From: Eledone cirrhosa
Lineage: Eukaryota
Direction of reading: 5' to 3'
NCBI GenBank assembly: GCA_964016885.1
Contig: OZ024742.1
Coordinates: 211,172,001 to 211,236,000, forward strand
DNA length: 64,000 bases
Shown: in pieces, positions 63,813 through 64,000 of the stretch
Position numbering within the stretch: position 1 is the first letter of the stretch
Layout: the number at the start of each line of letters is the position of its first letter
Translations under genes and position numbers: made by a program
Notes under the pieces: model-generated
What the model was told of the DNA's origin: nothing
The model's input: the letters and a program-made list of their open reading frames with translations, nothing else
The model's database searches: none

Positions 63813-64000
63813 ATATACAAGGGATAACAATACGTCATTATGTGGAGCGATGGGGAACAATTACACACACGTTTATGGTATAAATGAAGTCGTAGACTAA
63901 TATTCTATTTAGGAAGCCGAATGATTCTCGGCTTCAGAGTTAAGAATAATGTAAATAAATTAGTAGAACGAAAATGACAGAGGTTGTTGAAATCAACAAT

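Noticed and set aside
63913-63935. 8-bp hairpin GAAGCCGA/TCGGCTTC
   Set aside because: Too short, at the window edge, and no ribozyme or Helitron end context.

Overview
AT-rich animal genomic DNA, not prokaryotic. The repeat complement (RTE LINEs with (GAT)n tails, CORE- and Meta-type tRNA SINEs, Penelope-like elements, long (TA)n tracts) suggests a cephalopod, probably an octopus; this is an inference. Two convergent spliced genes were reconstructed by hand and are largely missed by the ORF track. The first is the 3' eight coding exons of gamma-SNAP (NAPG, + strand, 2700-22281), including a U12-type intron followed by an 18-nt microexon. The second is the last five coding exons of a WDR88-like WD40 gene (- strand, 35315-28558). 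Two NAPG introns hold large minisatellites (30-bp and 23-bp units). Everything from about 36 kb to the end is stacked transposons: a CsRn1-type Gypsy element with an intact -1 frameshift slippery site and pseudoknot, RTE LINEs with a PHD-like finger, non-autonomous Helitrons, and two Penelope-like elements, one bracketed by inverted repeats that each carry a hammerhead ribozyme. Two mariner relics lie in WDR88 introns. I found no convincing wholly new system. The strongest leads are structured-RNA signals and retrotransposition mechanism signatures. All coordinates were counted by hand and all family calls come from recalled motifs, not database searches.
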